NCBI GenBank assembly: GCA_050732635.1
Contig: JBOHRE010000002.1
Location: 22,896 to 86,895 of the forward strand
Direction of reading: 5' to 3'
DNA length: 64,000 nt
DNA from: Longimicrobiales bacterium
GTDB lineage: Bacteria > Gemmatimonadota > Gemmatimonadetes > Longimicrobiales > RSA9
Translations under genes and position numbers: made by a program
Notes under the pieces: model-generated
The model's input: the letters and a program-made list of their open reading frames with translations, nothing else
What the model was told of the DNA's origin: nothing
Databases searched by the model: none
Shown here: positions 18,654-26,601 of the stretch, one piece after another
How the letters are laid out: each line of letters opens with the position of its first letter
How positions within the stretch are numbered: position 1 is the first letter of the stretch

Positions 18654-20489
18654 ATGTGCGGCATTGTAGGCTATATCGGCACGAAGACCGCGGCCCCGCT
18701 CCTGCTGGACGGGCTGCGGCGCATGGAGTACCGGGGTTACGACTCCGCGGGCATCGCCGTGTTCGAGCCCGGCGGGCTGACCACGCGCAAGGCGCCGGGC
18801 AAGATCGCGGCACTGGAAGCGCTCCTGGGTAACGGTGGCTCGCCGATCGGGACGTGCGGGATCGCGCATACCCGCTGGGCCACGCACGGCGCACCCAATG
18901 AGGTGAACGCGCACCCTCACTCGGACTGCAGCCGCGACGTGGTGGTGGTGCACAACGGCATCATCGAGAACGCAGGAACGCTGCGCCGGAAACTCGAGAG
19001 CCTCGGTCACACGTTCCAGTCCGAGACGGACACGGAGGTCGTGGCGCACATGATCGAGGAGACCTACGACGGCGGACCGCTGGAGGAGGCGGTGCGCGCG
19101 GCGCTGTCGCAGATCGAAGGCACATACGGTCTGGCCATCCTGAGCGCGCACGAGCCGCGCAAGATCGTCGCAGCGCGCAAAGGCAGTCCACTGCTGCTCG
19201 GGATCGGCGATGAGGGCGAGTATTTCGTGGCCAGCGATGTGGCCGCGGTGCTGGCGCACACGCGGCAAGTCGTCTACCTCGACGACGGCGAGATGGCGGT
19301 GCTCACGGAGACGGGTTATGAGATTCAGTCGCTGAAGGGCAAGCCGATCTCGAAGCAGATCGACGAGATCACGTGGGATCTCGAGGCGATCGAGAAGGGC
19401 GGTTTCGAGCACTTCATGCTGAAGGAGATCATGGAGCAGCCCGAGACGCTGCGGAACACGATGCGCGGACGGCTGCTCGAGGAAGAGGGAAACGTGAAGC
19501 TGGGCGGTGTGACTCTCAGCAACGAGCAGCTACTGAGCATCGAGCAGATCATCATCACGGCGTGCGGGACCTCATGGCACTCGGCATTGATCGGCGAGTA
19601 CATGCTCGAGGAGTTGGCGCGACTGCCGGTCGAGGTCGAGTACGCGTCGGAGTTCCGGTATCGCAACCCTGTGATCAAGCCGAATACGCTGGTCATCGCG
19701 ATCAGCCAGTCGGGCGAGACGGCGGACACGTTGGCCGCGTTGCGCGAGGCGCGCCAGCGTGGTGCCACGGTCATGGGCATCGTCAACGTGGTCGGCTCGA
19801 CCATCGCCCGCGACACCGATTTCGGCATGTACCTGCATGCCGGTCCGGAAATCGGCGTGGCGTCGACCAAGGCGTTCACCAGTCAGGTCGTCGCGCTCTG
19901 CCTGTTCACCGTCCTGCTCGGCCGGCTGCGGGAGCTCTCGCTGATCCAGGGGCGCGAGATCATCGCCGCGCTGCGGCGGCTACCGGATCAGGTCGAGCAG
20001 GTCCTCGAGCTGAACGAGGCGATCCGTGAGCTGGCGCGCATCTACAAGGCCGCGCCGAACGTCCTGTATCTCGGTCGAGGGTCGAATTTCCCCGCCGCGC
20101 TGGAAGGTGCGCTGAAGTTGAAGGAGATCAGCTATATCCACGCCGAGGGGTACCCCGCGGCAGAGATGAAGCACGGACCCATCGCGCTGATCGACGAAAA
20201 GATGCCCGTCGTCGTCATCGCGCCAAACGACGCGGTGTACAGCAAGGTCTTGTCGAACGTCGAAGAGGTGAAGGCGCGTGGCGGCCGTGTGATCGCGGTG
20301 GTGACCGAGGGCAACCGTGATCTGGTGGGGATGGTCGATCATGTAATCCCGATCCCACAGACGATCGATCTGCTGACGCCGATTCTCGCGACCGTGCCGC
20401 TCCAGCTCCTTGCCTACCACATCGCCGTGATGCGAGGCTGCAATGTCGACCAACCGCGAAACCTCGCCAAGTCGGTGACTGTCGAGTAG
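18654..20489 (+). CDS. glmS: glutamine-fructose-6-phosphate aminotransferase
   Basis: Must start at MCGIVGY because Cys is the N-terminal nucleophile. Two SIS domains. C-terminal ...KSVTVE. Confidence 0.96.
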   Translation: MCGIVGYIGTKTAAPLLLDGLRRMEYRGYDSAGIAVFEPGGLTTRKAPGKIAALEALLGNGGSPIGTCGIAHTRWATHGAPNEVNAHPHSDCSRDVVVVHNGIIENAGTLRRKLESLGHTFQSETDTEVVAHMIEETYDGGPLEEAVRAALSQIEGTYGLAILSAHEPRKIVAARKGSPLLLGIGDEGEYFVASDVAAVLAHTRQVVYLDDGEMAVLTETGYEIQSLKGKPISKQIDEITWDLEAIEKGGFEHFMLKEIMEQPETLRNTMRGRLLEEEGNVKLGGVTLSNEQLLSIEQIIITACGTSWHSALIGEYMLEELARLPVEVEYASEFRYRNPVIKPNTLVIAISQSGETADTLAALREARQRGATVMGIVNVVGSTIARDTDFGMYLHAGPEIGVASTKAFTSQVVALCLFTVLLGRLRELSLIQGREIIAALRRLPDQVEQVLELNEAIRELARIYKAAPNVLYLGRGSNFPAALEGALKLKEISYIHAEGYPAAEMKHGPIALIDEKMPVVVIAPNDAVYSKVLSNVEEVKARGGRVIAVVTEGNRDLVGMVDHVIPIPQTIDLLTPILATVPLQLLAYHIAVMRGCNVDQPRNLAKSVTVE

Positions 20490-20492
20490 CCG

Positions 20493-20933
20493 GTGCGGGT
20501 GCTGCTCCAGCGCGTGGAGCGAGCGGAGGTCAGGATCGACGGCCGTTCGGTAGCAGCCATCGGCCGTGGCTACTTGCTGCTCGTGGGCTTTCACGGCGCG
20601 GATAGCGTTGCGGCGCTCGACTGGATGGCGACGAAGGTGAGCGGCCTGCGCCTGTTCGCCGATGAAGCCGGCAAGATGAACCGCGACCTGGACGACGTGG
20701 CAGGGCAAGTCCTGGTGGTCAGCCAGTTCACGCTGTACGGCGATGCAAGGAAGGGCCGGCGGCCGAGCTTTGTTGCGGCTGCCGAACCGGAAACGGCCGT
20801 GAGCCTGTATCGGCGGTTTCTGACGGCCCTCGAGTCGCGTTTGCCGGAGCGCGTTCAATCCGGTGAGTTCGGCGCGTTGATGCAGGTCGAGCTCGTCAAT
20901 GACGGACCGGTCACGCTGCTGCTGGAGCGGTGA
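20493..20933 (+). CDS. dtd: D-aminoacyl-tRNA deacylase
   Basis: MRVLLQRV... and SQFTLYGD motifs. 146 aa. Confidence 0.9.
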   Translation: MRVLLQRVERAEVRIDGRSVAAIGRGYLLLVGFHGADSVAALDWMATKVSGLRLFADEAGKMNRDLDDVAGQVLVVSQFTLYGDARKGRRPSFVAAAEPETAVSLYRRFLTALESRLPERVQSGEFGALMQVELVNDGPVTLLLER

Positions 20934-21550
20934 CCGTGGCCGACGCGGCAGCACCCCCCGTGATCCTTGCCTCGGCGTCGCCCCGCCGTTCCGAGCTGCT
21001 CCGGATGCTGGGTGTGGCGTTCGAAGTCATGCCCGCCAGTGTCGATGAGACGATCGTCAGCGGTGAGTCACCGACCGTGATGGCCGAACGCCTGGCGCGC
21101 GAAAAGGTCGAGTGGGTCGCGGCCCGGCGACCGGAAGCGCTGGTGATCGGCAGCGATACGGTCGTGCTGGTGGAAGACGGTGTGCTCGGCAAGCCTGCGG
21201 ACGCGCGCCAGGCCATCGAGATGCTGATGCTGCTGCAGGGTCGTGAGCACCGCGTGGCGAGCGGCGTCGCCGTGGCCGCCCCTGGCGGCGGGATCGAGCA
21301 GTCGCTCGAAGTCGTGCGCGTGCGCATGCGACCGTTCGGCAAGGCCATTGCGGAAGCGTACGTGCGCACGGGAGAGCCACTCGACAAGGCCGGCGCCTAC
21401 GGGATCCAGGGGTACGGCGCGACGCTCGTGGATTACATCGAGGGCGATTTTTTCGCGGTGATGGGTCTGCCGATCGCGCGCATGATTTCGCTGCTCCGGG
21501 CGCTCGGCTGGGAGTACGATTTCACGGGTTTCCGACCGCTTCAGGGCTGA
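20930..21550 (+). CDS. maf: Maf-like nucleoside-triphosphate pyrophosphatase
   Basis: ILASASPRRSELL and KAGAYGIQG motifs. GTGA overlap with dtd. Confidence 0.87.
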   Translation: MTVADAAAPPVILASASPRRSELLRMLGVAFEVMPASVDETIVSGESPTVMAERLAREKVEWVAARRPEALVIGSDTVVLVEDGVLGKPADARQAIEMLMLLQGREHRVASGVAVAAPGGGIEQSLEVVRVRMRPFGKAIAEAYVRTGEPLDKAGAYGIQGYGATLVDYIEGDFFAVMGLPIARMISLLRALGWEYDFTGFRPLQG

Positions 21551-21553
21551 GGC

Positions 21554-23056
21554 ATGGACGCGATCCTGGCGATCGATCAGGGAACCACCGGGACCACCTG
21601 CTTGGTGGTCGGGGTGGACGGCGCTGTGCATGGCCGCGGCTACTCCGAATTCCGGCAGCACTTTCCGCGGCCCGGGTGGGTCGAGCACGACGCGGAGGAG
21701 ATCTGGAGCGTCACGCAGCGGGTGGCCCGCGAGGCGGTCGAGCAGGCGCGTTCCGTCGGCGCGCGGACGCGGGGCATCGGCATCACCAATCAGCGCGAGA
21801 CGGTGGTGCTCTGGGACCGGGCCACCGGCAGACCGGTCCACCCGGCGATCGTCTGGCAGGATCGGCGGACCGCGGCGCGCTGCCGGGCGTTGAACGAGGG
21901 GGGACACGAAGCGGACATCCGCTCGCGTACCGGTCTGGTGATCGATCCCTACTTCTCGGCCACCAAACTCGAGTGGCTGCTCGAAAACGTTCCGGATGCG
22001 CGGCGCCGCGCCGAGACCGGCGAACTTGCCGCAGGCACGATCGACAGCTGGCTGATCTGGAAGCTGACGGGCGGCGCGGTCCACGCGACGGATCCGACGA
22101 ATGCCAGCCGCACGCTGCTCTTCGACATCGATGCACTGGATTGGAGCGAGCCGTTGCTCGACCTCTTCGGTGTACCTGAATCGATCCTGCCGGAGGTTCG
22201 GCCGTCGGCCGGCGTATTCGGTGAGGTGGCGGCCTCGGTGATCGGCGAGCCACTGCCGGTTGCGGGCGTGGCGGGGGATCAGCAGGCGGCGCTGTTCGGT
22301 CAGGGTTGCTGGCAGACCGGGCTGGCCAAGAACACGTACGGAACGGGGGCATTCCTGCTCCTGCACACCGGTGCCCAGCGGGTGGAATCGCGCCACGGGC
22401 TGCTGACGACGGTCGCATGCGATGTGAACGGCGGTGCCGCGTACGCGCTGGAGGGTGCGATCTTCATTGCGGGCGCCGCCGTCCAGTGGCTGCGCGACGG
22501 CCTCGGTATCATCGAGCGCGCCAACGAAACGGCCGCGCTTGCGAGCCAGCTGGAGTCCAATGACGGGGTGTACTTCGTGCCGGCCTTCGTCGGCCTCGGA
22601 GCGCCGCATTGGGAGCCGGAGGCGCGGGGCACCATCGTCGGCCTCACACGCGGAACCACGCGGGCGCACCTGGCGCGTGCGGCGCTCGAAGCCATGGCGT
22701 ACAGCACGCGTGAGGTGCTGCACGCCATGGAACAGGATTCCGGCGTGGCAGCGCGAGAGTTGCGCGTCGATGGTGGGGCCGCTGCAAACGATTGGCTGAT
22801 GCAGTTCCAGTCGGATATCACCGGCCTCGGTGTGCGCCGGCCGACCGTACTGGAGACGACCGCGCTCGGCGCGGCCGGGCTGGCCGGCATTGCCGTCGGT
22901 GTCTGGCGCGACGGCGACGCGTTCCTCGGCTCTCGCGCCGCGCCGGACCGCTTCGAGCCGGTGATGCCGGCGGGCGAGCGCGAATGCCTCGCCGCTGGCT
23001 GGCAGCGCGCCGTTACTGCCGCACGGACCTGGGCCCACGCGCTGAGCGATGGCTGA
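21554..23056 (+). CDS. glpK: glycerol kinase
   Basis: AIDQGTTGTT, ITNQRETVVLWD and GDQQAALFGQ motifs. 500 aa. Confidence 0.95.
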   Translation: MDAILAIDQGTTGTTCLVVGVDGAVHGRGYSEFRQHFPRPGWVEHDAEEIWSVTQRVAREAVEQARSVGARTRGIGITNQRETVVLWDRATGRPVHPAIVWQDRRTAARCRALNEGGHEADIRSRTGLVIDPYFSATKLEWLLENVPDARRRAETGELAAGTIDSWLIWKLTGGAVHATDPTNASRTLLFDIDALDWSEPLLDLFGVPESILPEVRPSAGVFGEVAASVIGEPLPVAGVAGDQQAALFGQGCWQTGLAKNTYGTGAFLLLHTGAQRVESRHGLLTTVACDVNGGAAYALEGAIFIAGAAVQWLRDGLGIIERANETAALASQLESNDGVYFVPAFVGLGAPHWEPEARGTIVGLTRGTTRAHLARAALEAMAYSTREVLHAMEQDSGVAARELRVDGGAAANDWLMQFQSDITGLGVRRPTVLETTALGAAGLAGIAVGVWRDGDAFLGSRAAPDRFEPVMPAGERECLAAGWQRAVTAARTWAHALSDG

Positions 23057-23585
23057 GCCCCCACTGCGCATTGCGGTGTGCGGCGCGGGACGCGCGGCCG
23101 GGCCAATTCTGGCAGAAGCGCTCGCAGTTGGCGGCGCGCTGGGCCGCGCGGGCGCCATTGTTCTGTGCGGCGGGCTGGGCGGAGTCATGGAGGCCGTGGC
23201 GCAAGGCGCCTCCGACGCCGGAGCGCTGACCGTCGGCATCCTGCCCGGCCCGGACGCAGGCGCGGCGAATCCCCACATCGCACTGCCGTTGCCCACCGGC
23301 ATGGGCGAGACGCGCAACGCGTTGCTGGTCCGGATGGCCGAGGCCGTGATCGCGATCGGCGGCGAGTGGGGCACGCTGTCCGAGGTTGCTCTGGCCATGA
23401 AGATCGGTCGTCCGGTGGTGCTGCTGAAGCCCGACCTCGCCGCCGGTCTTGGCCTGGACCAGGTCGGGACCGCCGAGGAAGCCGCCGACGTTGCACTGCG
23501 TCGTGCCGCCGAGCTGCGCCGGCGAGTCGCGGGCGCACCGGTGGCGCGGGCGGTCACCGGCGCCGTGTGGGAGCGCGGCGAGTGA
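23049..23585 (+). CDS. TIGR00725/LOG-like (SLOG superfamily) Rossmann protein
   Basis: IAVCGAG...VLCGGLGGVMEAVAQGA...PTGMGETRNALLV...AIGGEWGTLSE pattern. 8-nt overlap with glpK. Confidence 0.7.
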   Translation: MAEPPLRIAVCGAGRAAGPILAEALAVGGALGRAGAIVLCGGLGGVMEAVAQGASDAGALTVGILPGPDAGAANPHIALPLPTGMGETRNALLVRMAEAVIAIGGEWGTLSEVALAMKIGRPVVLLKPDLAAGLGLDQVGTAEEAADVALRRAAELRRRVAGAPVARAVTGAVWERGE

Positions 23586-24025
23586 GGCTCGGCCTAGTCA
23601 TGGCGGCGCTGCTGGTCTCGGCGGCAGCGCCGCTACGCGCCCAGGTCCGGGCCGTGGATCCGCCAGCGGGCGACGTGGCCGCGCAGGACGTGGAGCCGGT
23701 GGACGGCACCGGCGTGCGTTTGCTCCGTGGGGCAGAACCGGCACCGGCCGCGGAAGCACGCGCGTCCGATCGCTGGCTCGCCGAGGACAAGCTCAAGCAC
23801 TTCTTCATGTCCTACGCGACTACCGTAGCGACGTACGCAGCTGTCCGCTCGGCAGGCGTCGATGCGACCGCCGGCGTGTCCCTGGCCGCCGCGGCGGGCG
23901 TGGTCGCCGGAATCGGCAAGGAACTGTACGACGTGCGCTCGAGCGGGCCGTTCAGCGTGCGTGATCTGGTTTGGGATGGGCTAGGTATCGCGCTGGGCGT
24001 CGGACTGGCGGCCGCCGCTCGCTGA
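23582..24025 (+). CDS. small secreted/membrane protein, DUF2279 (YfiM)-like
   Basis: Signal-like LVMAALLVSAAAPLRAQ. Contains EDKLKHFFMSY ... GKELYD ... FSVRDLVWDGLG. The start is GTG 23582 (GTGA overlap) or ATG 23600. Confidence 0.55.
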   Translation: MRLGLVMAALLVSAAAPLRAQVRAVDPPAGDVAAQDVEPVDGTGVRLLRGAEPAPAAEARASDRWLAEDKLKHFFMSYATTVATYAAVRSAGVDATAGVSLAAAAGVVAGIGKELYDVRSSGPFSVRDLVWDGLGIALGVGLAAAAR

Positions 24026-24276
24026 TGGAGCTGCTCGTCGTCATCCTGGTCGCGACACTCGGTGTGGGCGCGGCACTCTACCCGCTGCTGACCCGCTCGC
24101 GCCGGAACGCACCGCCCGCCGACCTCGGCACTGACGCGGGCGTTGCCGCACGCGTGCGGGACTACCGCGCCGCACTGCGCGCGGGCACCTACTGCGTTCG
24201 CTGCGGCACGGCCAATCCATCGGCAAGTCGCTATTGCGGCGAGTGCGGGGCGAGGCTCACCGCCGCCTTGGAATGA
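24025..24276 (+). CDS. single-TM protein with C-terminal zinc ribbon
   Basis: MELLVVILVATLGVGAALYPLL (TM), then CVRCG-x11-CGECG. TGATG junction with the upstream gene. Confidence 0.6.
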   Translation: MELLVVILVATLGVGAALYPLLTRSRRNAPPADLGTDAGVAARVRDYRAALRAGTYCVRCGTANPSASRYCGECGARLTAALE

Positions 24277-25304
24277 GCACCGTCGATCTTCGAAGTGATA
24301 CGGTGACGCGACCGACGCCGGGGATGCGCCAGGCCCTGGCGAACGCGATCGTGGGGGACGACGCGCTGGGCGACGACCCGACCGTGCAGCAGCTCGAGGA
24401 GCGAGTCGCGGCACTGCTCGGCAAGCCTGCCTCGCTCTTCCTGCCGAGCGGCATCATGGGCAACCAGATCGCCGTGCACCTGCTGGCACGTCGCGCCACG
24501 GAGGTCGTCCTCGACGCCACCGCCCATATTCTAGATTGGGAGGACGGCGCTGCCGCGGCCTGGTCCGGCGTCCAGCTCCGAGCGGCTGCGGGGGTCGGAG
24601 GGCTACTCGATGCGCCAGCCGTACGAGCGGCGATCCGCGAGCCGAGCGTCTACCGGCCGGCGACGACGCTGGTCTGTATCGAGAATACGCACAACGCATC
24701 CGGCGGCCGAGTGCTGCCGCTGAAAACCATGCGCGAGATTCGCGCAGTGGCAGCCGAGCACGGGCTACCGGTGCATCTGGACGGGGCCCGGCTGTGGAAT
24801 GCGGCCGCAGCGTCGGCAGTTGCCGAACGCGATTTCGCGGCCTGTGCCGATACGGTGATGGTCACCCTGTCGAAGGGCCTGGGCTGCCCCGTCGGATCGA
24901 TGCTGGCCGGCGAGCAGGACGTGATCGAGCGCGCGCGTCGCCTGCGACGTCGCTTCGGCGGCACGCTCCGGCAGGCCGGCATCCTGGCGGCCGCCGCACT
25001 CTACGCGTTGGATCACCACCGCCAGCGGCTGACCGAGGATCATACTCGCGCCAAACGGCTTGCCGCGAGCGTGGCGCGTGTCGCCGACCTCGACATCCCG
25101 GTTCCCGAAACGAACATCGTCATGATCGAGCTGCACGACCGCTCGGCCGACTCCTCGACGATCGCCGAGCGTGCCCGGGCAGCCGGTGTGCTGGTCTCCG
25201 AGTTCGGGCGACGTCGCATTCGGCTGGTGACGCACCTCGATATCGATGACGCCGCCATCGAGCGCGCGACCGAGGTGCTGGGCCGCCTGCTACAGGCGGC
25301 CTGA
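24273..25304 (+). CDS. ltaE: low-specificity L-threonine aldolase
   Basis: VDLRSDTVTRPTPGMRQA and GDDALGDDPTV motifs. ATGA overlap with the upstream gene. Confidence 0.85.
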   Translation: MSTVDLRSDTVTRPTPGMRQALANAIVGDDALGDDPTVQQLEERVAALLGKPASLFLPSGIMGNQIAVHLLARRATEVVLDATAHILDWEDGAAAAWSGVQLRAAAGVGGLLDAPAVRAAIREPSVYRPATTLVCIENTHNASGGRVLPLKTMREIRAVAAEHGLPVHLDGARLWNAAAASAVAERDFAACADTVMVTLSKGLGCPVGSMLAGEQDVIERARRLRRRFGGTLRQAGILAAAALYALDHHRQRLTEDHTRAKRLAASVARVADLDIPVPETNIVMIELHDRSADSSTIAERARAAGVLVSEFGRRRIRLVTHLDIDDAAIERATEVLGRLLQAA

Positions 25305-25423
25305 AGCGCTATCGCGACGGCCGATCGGACCCTGTTTTCATGCCGTCCGATTCACTACTTTCAGAGAGCCGACTGGAACGTTCTGTCGTCTCCGAGTTCC
25401 CACCACAACGCGGATAGGCGCGG

Positions 25424-26479
25424 ATGCCTGCAGTGGAGGTCAGTCAGGAAAAGCAGAAGGCGCTCAGCCTCGCGATCACGCAGATCGAGCGTGCCTATGG
25501 CAAGGGCTCGATCATGCGCATGGGCGCCGACGGTGCGCGCGTCCAGATCGAGGCGATCCCCACCGGAGCGATCAATCTGGATGCCGGCATCGGCATCGGC
25601 GGGATACCGCGTGGCAGGATCACTGAAATCTATGGCCCCGAGTCGAGCGGCAAGACCACATTGTGCCTGCATGTGATCGCGAATGCTCAGCGTGCGGGCG
25701 GCGTGGCTGCATTCGTCGACGCCGAGCATGCACTGGACATCGAGTATGCACGCAAGCTCGGGGTCGATGTGGAGAACCTGCTCGTCAGCCAACCGGATAC
25801 CGGCGAGCAGGCGCTGGAGATCGCCGAGGTGCTGATCCGCAGCGGTGCCGTCGACGTCGTCGTGATCGATTCCGTTGCAGCGCTCGTACCGCGCGCCGAG
25901 ATCGAGGGCGAGATGGGTGACTCCCACGTCGGACTCCAGGCGCGGCTGATGAGTCAGGCGCTGCGCAAGCTGACCGGTGCGGTGAACCGCTCGCATACAT
26001 CGGTCGTCTTCACCAACCAGATCCGCGAGAAGATCGGCGTCATGTTCGGCAACCCGGAAACGACCTCCGGCGGACGCGCACTGAAATTCTATGCCAGCCT
26101 GCGATTGGACATCCGACGCGTTGGTGCGATCAAGGACGGTCAGGAGATGGTCGGCAACCGCACGCGAGTGAAAGTCGTGAAGAACAAGGTGGCGCCGCCG
26201 TTCAAGCAGGCCGAGTTCGACATCATGTACAACGAAGGGATCAGTCACACGGGTCTGCTGGTCGACATCGGCGTCGAGTGCGGCATCGTCGACAAGTCCG
26301 GCGCCTGGTTCTCGTACGGCGATACGCGGCTCGGCCAGGGTCGCGAGAACGCGAAGCAGTTCCTCAAGGAGAATCAGGAGCTGGCCCGCGAAATCGAGCA
26401 GAAGGTGCGCGCCGAGCTGGGTATGCGCGGCGTCGGCGGCGCGAGCAGCAGCGAGGAGGATTACGGCGCCTTCGAATGA
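25424..26479 (+). CDS. recA: recombinase RecA
   Basis: [31 protein letters not shown] and [19 protein letters not shown]-type motifs. Confidence 0.97.
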   Translation: MPAVEVSQEKQKALSLAITQIERAYGKGSIMRMGADGARVQIEAIPTGAINLDAGIGIGGIPRGRITEIYGPESSGKTTLCLHVIANAQRAGGVAAFVDAEHALDIEYARKLGVDVENLLVSQPDTGEQALEIAEVLIRSGAVDVVVIDSVAALVPRAEIEGEMGDSHVGLQARLMSQALRKLTGAVNRSHTSVVFTNQIREKIGVMFGNPETTSGGRALKFYASLRLDIRRVGAIKDGQEMVGNRTRVKVVKNKVAPPFKQAEFDIMYNEGISHTGLLVDIGVECGIVDKSGAWFSYGDTRLGQGRENAKQFLKENQELAREIEQKVRAELGMRGVGGASSSEEDYGAFE

Positions 26480-26520
26480 CGCCCGGGCCGCGCCGCGTGC
26501 GCACCACGCTTCGCTCCACG

Positions 26521-26554
26521 GTGGCTCCGGCACTCTGCCGGAGCCACTCTTTTT
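26521..26554 (+). terminator. rho-independent terminator after recA
   Basis: Perfect 12-bp stem GTGGCTCCGGCA / TGCCGGAGCCAC with a 3-nt loop, followed by TCTTTTT. Confidence 0.75.
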
Positions 26555-26601
26555 GGCGGCTGCGACTCGCGCCCGTCCAAGCCGACGCTATATTGAACGT
26601 C

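Noticed and set aside
21068-23557. 829-aa ORF on the minus strand, the longest non-SMC/AlaS ORF in the window
   Set aside because: It is antisense to maf, glpK and the LOG-like gene. It has no recognisable domains and shadow-ORF composition.
26278-26601. N-terminal extension of the alaS ORF, or a missing recX between recA and alaS
   Set aside because: The extension overlaps the recA 3' end and crosses a strong terminator. The canonical AlaRS N-terminus begins at 26602. There is no room for recX.
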